Origin: Octopus sinensis
Taxonomy: Eukaryota
NCBI RefSeq assembly: GCF_006345805.1
Contig: NW_021823994.1
Span: 1-21,432, forward strand
DNA length: 21,432 nt
Reading direction: 5' to 3'
In this document: in pieces, positions 1 through 9,149 of the stretch
Layout of the letters: the number at the start of each line of letters is the position of its first letter
How positions within the stretch are numbered: the first letter of the stretch is position 1
Made by a program: the position numbers and the translations under genes
The notes under the pieces: generated by a model
The model's database searches: none
Told to the model about the DNA's origin: nothing
Seen by the model: the letters and a program-made list of their open reading frames with translations, nothing else

Positions 1-20
1 TGTGTGTGTATAAAAAAAAA

Positions 21-83
21 CTAAGGCGATGTTTCCAGTATGGCGCTGTCCGGCGACTGAAAACATTAAAAGAATGAAAGAAT
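21..83 (+). mobile_element. 3' tail fragment of a tRNA-derived SINE
   Basis: ctaaggcgatgtttccagtatggcgctgtccggcgactgaaaacattaaaagaatgaaagaat has a small stem-loop (46-59) followed by an A-rich repeat tail. It aligns with the LINE 3' end at 3754-3792. Assignment to a cephalopod SINE tail is from recall. Confidence 0.6.
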
Positions 84-246
84 ATATATATGTGGTTTTG
101 CTTTTATATATAATATATATATATATATATATCTATATATATATATGTGTGGGTGGTATGTGTGTGTGTGTGTCTTATATATATATATAAATATTATATA
201 AATATATATATATATTTATATATATATAAATATATATATTTATATA
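84..246. repeat. (TA)n/(TG)n microsatellite
   Basis: Direct reading of imperfect dinucleotide repeats. Confidence 0.95.
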
Positions 247-441
247 TGCTGCCGGGAGGTGGAACCCAGGTGCGGATGCTATACGGCACCAAAAGCCATG
301 AACATGGAGATGAAGAAGCCAAAAAAAAGAGGAAAAATGAAGCTAAAACTCAGACAAAGCCAAGGGGCAAGGCAGCAGGGATAGAGGCAAAACCTAACCA
401 TCCATATGCCAAAAGGATGGAAACAAGCAGCGACACGGGTA

Positions 442-509
442 TGTAGGTTCTACCTGTGAAAGGTGCCTGCCGGCATGGAGAGGAAGGTGCAGGCTGCCGC
501 TTTGCACAT
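442..509 (+). pseudogene. LINE ORF1 remnant: CCCH zinc finger
   Basis: CRFYL/(frameshift)KGACRHGEEGAGCRFAHP gives C-x7/8-C-x8-C-x3-H. RRYADVVR follows in another frame, resembling the SYA-type motif of LINE ORF1s. Confidence 0.65.
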
Positions 510-800
510 CCGGGACCTGCCACAGAAACCAACCACGAAAGGAAATGGGATGGCCACGCAAACCTGCCCCAAAACGGAGGTACGCAGATGTGGTGCGTAC
601 CACAAACCACCAACGTGTTGTTGAATAGGGCAGCTGCTGAGCAGGAATCTTTTTTGTGCATGGCACAAAAGATCGTACAGCAGCTAACCTGGCTCCATCA
701 GGCTCAGGCTCGCAGATGGAACTGCCCACAGTTCACAAGACCGCCACAGCAGATGGACCCAGGGTGGACACCGCCGGCAACAGCATACACCTCCACCTCG

Positions 801-3727
801 ATGCTCCTACTGAACATCAGAGGACTACTAACACACAGTAACAGGACAAAAGTCCCATTCCTGAGAGACTTTGTCGCATGCAATCAAGCCTTATGCATAG
901 CACTCACAGAAACGCATCTGAAACCGGACATAGCAGATGCGGAATTACACATACCACAGTATGTTGTACTACGCGACCGACAGGAAAGAAAGGAGTCATG
1001 GAGGAGTTGCTATGTACATCCGTGGGGACCTCACGCCCCAGGTCTTTTGTCATACTCAAACTCGGTGTGTGACACACTAATTGTACACATAAGGCAACTT
1101 GATGTAGTTGTGTGTGCTACATATCGCCCTCCAGATGCCCCAAGTCATATGGGCAAGTTTGAGGACTGCCTTTTAAAAATAGAAGAAGTTCTAACCACAT
1201 TAGAACAACACATAAGTGTACTTCTCATGGGAGACTTCAATCTACCGAATGTCAGATGGCCCGAGGGCCTTTCTCTCCAGGAATGACAAGATGTGAACGA
1301 GGACAGGCGAGGTCCCTCCTGAACCTCATCAACACCCTGTACATGGAGCAAGTAATACTCCAACCAACCAGAGCAGGTAACACATGGATCTCTGCTTCAC
1401 AAATAATATGGATCTCATCCATAATGTGAAAGTGACACCGACACTACTCTCGGATCACAACATGGTAGAGCTGACCATGTACGGGCCAAAAGAGAGCACG
1501 GACATGCAGCCTACAAGAAACCCTCAGAATCTTTCCAGCTTGAACTTCAATAAGGCAAACTGGAAACAAATTGAGAAAGAGATCCTCAAACAAAACTGCC
1601 TGAATGTCTCTCCTCGCCGGACATCGACATGATACTTCAACAATTCATGTCTGTAATGCAAGCCATATGCTACAAATGTGTCCCAGAGAGAAAGGCCACT
1701 GTACACAAGAACAACAATCCCCAGAGACCCAGAGAGAGGAAAATTTTAATGAGACGGCGTACAAAAATTTCAAATCGCCTAAACAAACAAATTGAAAGCA
1801 GTGAAAAGTCCGCCTGAAAAAACTGTTGGAAATTGAAAATTGTCTGCAACTCTCCCATGAGAAGGAAAGAGCAGACAAAGAAGCCTGGGCTATAGACAAC
1901 ATAAAAACTAACCCCAGAGCTTTCTACAGGTATGCCAAAGAAACAGCTACGGTGCACTGTAGGATAGGGCCACCTTGAAAAGGATGGCACACTCACAGGA
2001 AAACCAATGCGAGGTAAGTGAAATACTGAATGAACAATTCAAGAGTGTTTTCACTCCACCCCTTGGACATTCCAAATCAGCAATCCAAGGACTCTTTACC
2101 ACTGCAGAATAGAATCAGAGGCGGCGACGATAATTACATCGATATAAAGGAAGACGATGTATAAAGGCTATAGATGAAATGAAAATAGACTCAGCTATTG
2201 GCCCCGATGGATTCCGGCAATCTCCTAAAAGTATGTAAGAGAGTCTTAGCAAGACCACTGCAGTTCTCTTTCAGAGCTTCCTTGCAGCTGGCAAACTTCC
2301 AAGAAAACTGAAGGAAGGTAAAATATGCCCTATTCATAAGGGAGGTAGCAGAGCGGAGGCCAAGAACTACAGACCTATCTCTCTGACCTCACACATCAGC
2401 AAGGTCATGGAACGAATAGTCAGAAGGAAACTAATCACCTTCCTTGAACAAAAATGACTTGCTGCCTGACACCCAACATGGTTTCCGACCAGGAAGAAGC
2501 TGCTTAACTCAGCTCCTGCAGCACTATGACTGGGTGCTGAAACAACTGCTCAACCACTCAAATGTGGAAGTCATATATCTCGACTTCGCAAAGGCCTTCG
2601 ATAAAGTCGATCATGGAATGATATGTCACAAACTGCGTGATCTTGGCATAGTTGGAAAACTAGGAGAATGGCTTCACGACTTTCTGAAGAATAGAAGTCA
2701 GGTGGTTAGCAGCCAATGGGGCCACTTCCATTAGCACGCAAATAGTGAGCGGTGTCCACAGGGCACTGTTTTGGGACCACTACTGTTCATAATGGCCCTC
2801 TCAGACATGCCCTCAGCCACGCGGAGAGCCACGATCACAAGTTATGCAGATGATACAAAAGTTTCACAGGCCAATACAGAACCCTGAAGACACTAGGCAC
2901 CTGCAATATGAGCTGGACGAAAATACAAGTGGGCTGAAAAGAATAGCATGCCAGTTTAATGCTGAATGAAAAGTTTCAAGCTTATACTATCAGCATGCAA
3001 AACTGAACCCGGAGGGATTGCAATCCCAGAGGCACAATCAGTGCGTGACCTGGGTATTCACATGAGTGATGACGCGACATTTCATGTACATGTTGCTAAA
3101 CTGACAATGAAATGCAGACGGCTGGCTGGATGGATTCTTAGAACCTTTAGAACAAGAGAATAAGAAACCATGATGGTCCTCTGGAAGACACTTGCCCTAA
3201 GCCACTTTGACTATTGCTCTCAGCTATGGTCACCATCCAGTGTCAAGTTGATCACAGAACTTGAGGCGATCCAATCCAACGAAGCACACGAAGAAGGTAG
3301 CCTCTATGCAGATGTAAGTTACTGGAAAGACTCAAGAGATTAAAATTATATTCCCTGGAGCGTAGGCGGGAAAGATATGCCATAATATACATCTGGAAGA
3401 TCCTGGAGGGAAGTGTCCTGAATTGGCATCGAGAGTTACGAATGCCAGAACTGGGCGCCACTGCGTGGTGCCTAAGACTCCAAACTTGCCATCAAGATGT
3501 AGGACAAGATTCTGTGATAGACTGGGCTTCGAGGCCACAGCTCTTCAATATCCTCCCGAAGACCTGAGAGACCTGCATGGGTGGATACAGATGTCTTTAA
3601 AATGGAGCTGGATCTCTTCCTGTCAGGTGTCCCAGATGAACCAACTTCACGGCAGGAGGGGCAGATGAGGGCAGCTGCATCGAACTCTCTCATGCACCAA
3701 ATAGCAGTTGCTAGAAAGCCTCCATGA
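801..3727 (+). pseudogene. LINE ORF2 (apurinic-like endonuclease + reverse transcriptase), frameshifted
   Basis: APE motifs: LLLNIRGL (801-827), IALTETHL, HGGVAMYIR, TYRPP, LLMGDFNLP, DLCFTNN, SDH (1450-1458). RT motifs: KNYRPISLTS, QHGFRPGRSC, YLDFAKAFDKVDH, QGTVLGPLLF, YADD (2843-2854). The C-terminus reads PDEP...RAAASNSL. There are many 1-nt indels and an in-frame TAA at 3161-3163. Confidence 0.95.
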
Positions 3728-4024
3728 AGTGAAACCAAGTAGCAACACCAAATGGCGGTGCCCCAGCATGGCCACAGCTCATAAGCTGAAACTAGAATCA
3801 ATCAATCATATACATATATATATCTGCCCTTACCTTCGAAACACGCATTGAGTCGAAATAGGAGCAGCTGAAGAAGGGGAATATTCCTTGTATTGTTTGT
3901 CTTGTACTCTGTTTTTTCGTATTTAAAAAAAGTCCGTTTCCTTGTTTTGTTTTTATGTTTTCGTTTCTCGTTGTGTTCTACGTTTATTTGTGGTGTCCTG
4001 TACCCATATATGCATGTATATATA

Positions 4025-4401
4025 CACTAGCGTCAGAAATTAATTAGCACCCTTGATTTGCTCTTCACTCAAGGTATGTGCTGTCACCTAGTGGCCATAT
4101 CTCGAACTATTGCTTTGTTGCGAGTTCACTGTTGCGCAGAACGATGACGTAACTTTGTTTGCAGAGCAGTTTGAGAGTCTACAGCCTTATGATGTTGACA
4201 TAGCAGTGCAACAACTTGGAGTGCGGATGCAGACAAATCTTCCTTTGTTTAATAGATATAGGTAGCGCCTCGCAAGGACCGAAATCACACCATACTAAGT
4301 TTTCTCATCGCGTAAGACGTTTTCAACAGCTCATAGGTTAATTGATTTAACCTATTTAATGTAGAAATTTGAGAAGTGCTAATTAATTTCTGACGCAAGT
4401 G
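4025..4401. mobile_element. Tc1/mariner-type MITE (377 bp)
   Basis: 26-bp TIRs at 4025-4050 (cactagcgtcagaaattaattagcac) and 4376-4401 (gtgctaattaatttctgacgcaagtg), 25/26 match. TA lies on both sides (4023-4024, 4402-4403). No transposase is recognisable inside. Confidence 0.9.
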
Positions 4402-4462
4402 TACATATAGATGTAGGTTTGTACATATATGTATGTATGCATATGTTTTATTTATTAAATTG

Positions 4463-4497
<35 letters not shown>

Positions 4498-4699
4498 TGT
4501 TGTATTGTGTCACAAACTGTTCATAGGATTTATAGGACACCGAGTATTTCTATTTCTACTTGAAGTAATGGAGTTTAAATAATTGATTTTTTTTCATTTT
4601 AATCTATTTTCAATCATCTGTAAAAAATTTCTGTAATATTCAGAAATTTAAATACTCTGGGACTTAATGGCTTAATTAAACAAAAAAAAGTTTGTATTT

Positions 4700-5003
4700 A
4701 GGCGCAGGAGTGGCTGTGTGGTCAGTAGCTTGCTTACAAACTGCATTCCGGGTTCAGTCCCACTGCTAGGCACCTTGGGCAAGTGTCTCCTACTATAGCC
4801 TCGGGCCGACCAAAGCCTTGTGAGTGGATTTGGTAGACGGAAACTGAAAGAAGCCCGTCGTATATATGTATATGTATGTACATATGTATGCGTGTGCATA
4901 TGTTTGTGAGTCTGTGTTCGTCACCCCAACATCTCTTGACAACCGGTTCTGGTATGTTTATGTTCCCGTAAGTTTGTGGTTCAGCAAAAGAGACCGATAG
5001 AAT
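4700..5003 (+). mobile_element. tRNA-derived SINE, 3'-truncated
   Basis: A-box-like tggctgtgtgg, B-box-like gggttcagtccc, CORE-like ccttgggcaagtg, an internal (TA/TG) tract and a second conserved block at 4915-5003. The family is recognised from recall. Confidence 0.8.
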
Positions 5004-5018
5004 ATTTTATGTTATAGT

Positions 5019-5053
5019 TTCTTCTTCTTCTTCTTCTTCTTCTTCTTCTTCTT

Positions 5054-5086
<33 letters not shown>

Positions 5087-5103
5087 ATTATTATTATTAT
5101 TAT
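5019..5103. repeat. (TTC)n followed by (TTA)n
   Basis: Direct reading. Confidence 0.95.
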
Positions 5104-5106
5104 TTA

Positions 5107-5246
5107 GGTCACTGCATGGAATCGAACTCGGAATCTTGAGTTAATAGCCTGCGCTCTTAACCACTACACCCACGGGCATATGGCGTAGTGGTTAAGTGCG
5201 CGGGGTAATAACCCCAAGGTTCCGAGTTCGATTCCAAGCAATGACC
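5107..5246. mobile_element. Inverted pair of tRNA-like (Pol III A/B box) heads
   Basis: Arms 5107-5170 (minus) and 5182-5246 (plus) match at about 55/65 as inverted repeats, with an 11-nt spacer. Each arm has an A box (ggYgtagtgg) and a B box (gagttcgattcc) and ends in a (TAA)n run. Confidence 0.85.
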
Positions 5247-5309
5247 TGAATAATAATAATATCGGAAAAATACCTTAGGAATGAGAACGTAGGTTCGAAA
5301 TTTCCCCAA

Positions 5310-5355
5310 GACACCTGAAGAAGGCTGGAGGGTATACCAGCCGAAATGTTGTGTT
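5310..5355 (+). ncRNA. Minimal type I hammerhead ribozyme (Penelope-associated type)
   Basis: Helix I gacac (5310-5314)/gtgtt (5351-5355); core CTGAAGA (5315-5321) plus an extra A; helix II ggctgg (5323-5328)/ccagcc (5337-5342), 6/6 pairs; GAAA (5343-5346); minimal helix III AT/GT; NUH triplet GTT (5348-5350). Confidence 0.8.
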
Positions 5356-6169
5356 AACAACAAACAAGATGAGGTCAAATATCCGTCAAATGTAAATAAC
5401 GTAAATAATAACAGAAATCAATACTAAACTTTCCAACCCAGGTGAAAAAAAACTCTACAAATTTCAGAATTTTACTGTAGAATATAGAAGAAAGGAAGAG
5501 TATTATTTATGAAAAACTTACTTGATTAAGGACCTTGAAAAAATGTTTCAAATACGACCATAATTAAAATATCCGAAAATGGGCCCAAGTCTGCTTTGTT
5601 ATAAAAAGCTGAATTGGCCATGTTTGGACTAAAAACTCTAATATGAGAAAATTCGCGTTCTGGAATCTGTTGAAAAACAATGTCAAAGTAGAAATTTACA
5701 AACGCTGGATAACCTCAAAGTCACCGAGGAAAAGCGAATACCCATCTGAAAAGCCATTTTAAAAGAAAATAAGAAATAACAATATAAACTGCTTTAAGTA
5801 ATTTATTCAACCAATACATCCCCAAAGTCTCAATTGCCTATAGAATATCCAAATATGAACCGAACATGGGTCGGCCTTTAAACAACAGGGTAACCCTAAC
5901 TCTGCATCGATTACTAGTCTCTAACAACAGAGGTAGACTAGCAAATGGGGAAAACGGAACCGGGAATCGAAGGTACACTGTTAATTCATATGCTAAGTCA
6001 TATGGAAAAAAAGAAAAAAAAACAAAAAAGCAAGAACTGATGAAATTTTTAAAATGGGGAGGACACAGACCCCCGGGAGAATAAAACCGATAATTAGATA
6101 TAAGGAAACGAAACCAACATTACATGATAAGGAATAAATTAAAAACTATTAAATGAAAGAAATATCATA

Positions 6170-6815
6170 AGAAAATATCCCCATAAAACTAATTGAATTT
6201 GGAAATCAGAAAGCTAAACAAATTAAGAACCAAGAACTTCGAAAAATAAAACTCCCAAAAGAAAAAATACTATTCCATATGTTCCAACTTTTAGCACAAG
6301 GAATACCGAAATTTTCACGAACCTCTGTCTAAACCTACCAATATTATATCAGGACCAAAAAATGAAAAACGTTTTGGAAAACTCTGTTATAGAAACTGAG
6401 AGGTAAATAAAATCACTAAAAAGGATATTGAGCAATGTAAAGTAAAAGCAAAAACGGCAGACGCAACAGTAAGTAAATGTAACCGACCAAGGTTCGACCT
6501 TCAAAATTAAAAACTATTTCTCTTGCATTTCTGACAACCTAATGTACATTATAAAATGTAAAGGTTGTCGAGAACAGTACATAGGACAAACAGTTATGAC
6601 ACCTGGAAAAAGAATGACGGTACACCGCCAACAGATCAGGGAAACATACACAAAACATATTCTTAAGGGAACATATAGATAAATGTGCTGGTGAGATCTT
6701 ACCTAACTCCCTTGTCTTCCCTTTCTGCCAGTGTAGCGACTCAATGATGAAACGACAATGAAACAATAAAGAAATAAATTTTATTAATAAATACAAACCA
6801 AAACCCAGTGCATTG
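6170..6815 (+). pseudogene. Penelope-like element ORF C-terminus with GIY-YIG endonuclease, decayed
   Basis: Spliced across frameshifts: RKYP/IKLIEFGNQKAKQI..LRKIK, TIPYVPTF..NLPILYQD..KSLKRIL, KCNRPR, FSCISDNLMYIIKCKGCREQYIGQT (NLMY...YIG at 6536-6586), KRMTVHRQQIR, EHIDKC, KEINFINKYKP. This is the domain order typical of PLEs. Confidence 0.9.
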
Positions 6816-7029
6816 TGTTTTAATTATCTCACAGTATTCACTATATACACATAATATTCCTTCAGACTGTGATATCAATGCAAATTTTCACTAAGTTACG
6901 ACAGAGATGTTAGGAACACCAATAGCTCCTTTGATTGAAAACAAACGGAAATATAGTTCTGAAAATGTCCTGTGTATGTCTGTGTGAACATATATATGCT
7001 GACATCCACTAATCTCTTTGTATAAGTAG

Positions 7030-7430
7030 AAGCACGTGTACGTGTATATTTGCGTGTGTATATGTGTGTGTGTGTGTGCATGTATATAGATATGCGTGAA
7101 GGTGTGTGTATGTATATGTATGTATGAATGCATATGTATATGCATATGTGTATATATAAATGTATGTGTATGTGTGTATACAACTTTTCAATACACTTTT
7201 GAATGTATGTATGTATGTATGTATGTATGTATGTATGTATGTATGTATGTATGTATGTTATCTATCTATCTATCTGTCTATCTGTCTATCTGCCTGTCTG
7301 TCTGTCTGTCTGTCTGTGAGACTGTCCGTCCGTCCGTCCGTCCGTTCGTCCGTCCGCCTATCTGTCCGCCCCTCTGTCTGTCTGCTTCTCTGTCCGTCCG
7401 TTTGCCTGTCTGTCTGTCTGTCTGTATCCT
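7030..7430. repeat. Compound microsatellite (TG)n, (ATGT)n, (TCTA)n, (TCTG)n, (CCGT)n
   Basis: Direct reading. Confidence 0.95.
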
Positions 7431-7569
7431 ACCCAATCTCCAACCACCCATTATTAGCCAGTTAATTACAATGTGGTGGTGGGAGAAGTAGTAGGAGGGA
7501 GAGGAGATGTGTTGGACAATTTTAATAACACTTTCAGATCTCAAAAGATTGCGAATATTCATTTGGGAG

Positions 7570-7618
7570 AGAGTGCGGGAAAGAGAGAGAAAGAGAGGGA
7601 GAGAGAGAGAGAAAGGAG

Positions 7619-7653
<35 letters not shown>

Positions 7654-8055
7654 AGAAAAAGAAAGAGGGACAGACAGATTTATCGCGACTGGACTGAAGC
7701 TGAGTGCGGAGTAGTGGATTATCTGGATTATAGAGGAGGTGGTTGTCATGTTGTTGTTTTTGTTGTCGTTGGTGGTGTGTGGTAGTAGCAGTTTGTTGTT
7801 GTTGTAAAGGTGGCGGGGGTGTGTGGTACTGGTTGTGTTGATTGTGGGGGTAATGGTGATAGTTTGTGGTGGCAGTGTATTCTCTTGGTGGTTTTGGCGT
7901 TGGGTGGCGGTTGTGGTGATGGTGGTGGTCAAAGTAGTTGCAGTAGATGTACTAGTGGTATTGGTCAGTGTTGTGGTCGCAGTGGTATTTGTAGTGGTGG
8001 CTACGGCAGTAGCTGTGCTGGCAATGCTAGTAGTAGTGACGGCGGTTGCAGTGAT
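7570..8055. repeat. (GA)n/(GAAA)n followed by cryptic GGT/GTA/GTT trinucleotide low-complexity tract
   Basis: Direct reading. It explains the Thr-rich and Val/Gly-rich pseudo-ORFs. Confidence 0.9.
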
Positions 8056-8443
8056 AGGCAGGTCCTCTATATACCACAATCAGCCCTCTACATAAAACTT
8101 CATGGCATTCATTCTCACATTGAGTGAAATGACAGTATGATCTAATGAAGGACTTATTTAAAACAATCACCTGAAAAAGTGCATCTTATACCTTGATTAC
8201 ACATGTTAATTACATCATCTAATCGATGTGCTATGAGTGTAAAAATATGTCGAAACAATTGTAGTAATTTTAAATAATTTCGATCAGTACATTTTCTATT
8301 ATTTAGACTCTAGATTAAGAAGATACCATTTTGTGGTATCTATGGCTTGGTGAACCATGTATAAGAGCATCCTCAACCGTAGACCAGGTTTGTATGTTTT
8401 CTACTGATTAGGCATCGCAATGGTTCTTTGTGAACCAGGTAGT

Positions 8444-8758
8444 GAAGGCGCGTGGCTTAATGGTTAGACTATTTGGCTCACAATCGCAAGGTCGTGAGTT
8501 CGATGCCTAAAGGCGCGTTGTGTCTTTGAGGACATTTTATTTCACCTTCCTCCAGTCGAATCTGCTGGCAAAAGTGAATAGAACCTGTGTTTCAAATGGC
8601 CAGCCTTGTAACTCTCTGTGTCATGCTGAATCTCCCTGAGAACTACGTTAAAGGTACACATGTCTGTGGAGTGCTCAGCCACTTGCACATTATTTTCACT
8701 AGCAGGCCGTTCCGTTGATCGTGTCAACTGGAACACTCGTCGTCGCAATCGACGGAGA
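8444..8758 (+). mobile_element. tRNA-derived SINE
   Basis: A box tggcttaatgg (8453-8463), B box gagttcgatgcc (8496-8507), CORE-like block, and terminal hairpin cgtcg-caat-cgacg (8741-8754). Confidence 0.8.
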
Positions 8759-9149
8759 ACCGGGTCAGACATCCCAACGGTTCCACTGTGGACCAGGTAG
8801 TGGTGTGAAATACATGTCAGGTCTAGCGGCCCAAGAATCAAAACTCTGCCCATGGGACCGGGGTGGGGGTCAAACTATTATTTGACATTGACTTTATGTA
8901 GTATGAAACAGGGGCGGGGGGAGAATCGGAATTGTAATGTAACTATGTTTGAAAGGACATCCTAAATCAGGGAGGGGGGAGACTCGAAAGCTTCTTTGAT
9001 CCTTTATCTAACTGCAATCAAGAATGAGAGAACGAAACCTTTGTTTCTTTATTTCACATCTGACAAAACCATAGTGAGAGATAAGAGATAGAATGCGGCC
9101 ATGTCTTTACCCTGAATCTAACAACAGTCTTCTTGTTCAAATGGTCACG

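Larger units (their letters stand above)
247..3807 (+). mobile_element. APE-RT non-LTR retrotransposon (LINE; CR1/L2/Proto2-like group, clade unresolved), near full length, disrupted
   Basis: ORF1 remnant with a CCCH finger, APE and RT motifs in order, stop at 3725-3727, ~80-nt 3' UTR with stem-loop 3775-3788, and (AATC)3 tail at 3796-3807. Confidence 0.95.

Noticed and set aside
3833-3890. Type II hammerhead (GAAAC at 3838, GTC, CTGAAGA at 3868)
   Set aside because: Helices I and III cannot be formed convincingly. At most this is a relic.
5107-5246. Two true tRNA genes
   Set aside because: A and B boxes are present, but there is no acceptor stem or complete cloverleaf and both run into (TAA)n. 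They are tRNA-derived heads.
5410-6165. Penelope RT domain (MGPS at ~5579; 72-aa ORF 5866-6084)
   Set aside because: There are no YVDD or other supporting RT motifs in register. It is left unassigned.
7534-8127. 181-aa Thr-rich mucin-like ORF and Gly/Val-rich antisense ORFs
   Set aside because: They arise from a cryptic trinucleotide tract that is open on both strands. There is no domain, signal peptide or splice support.
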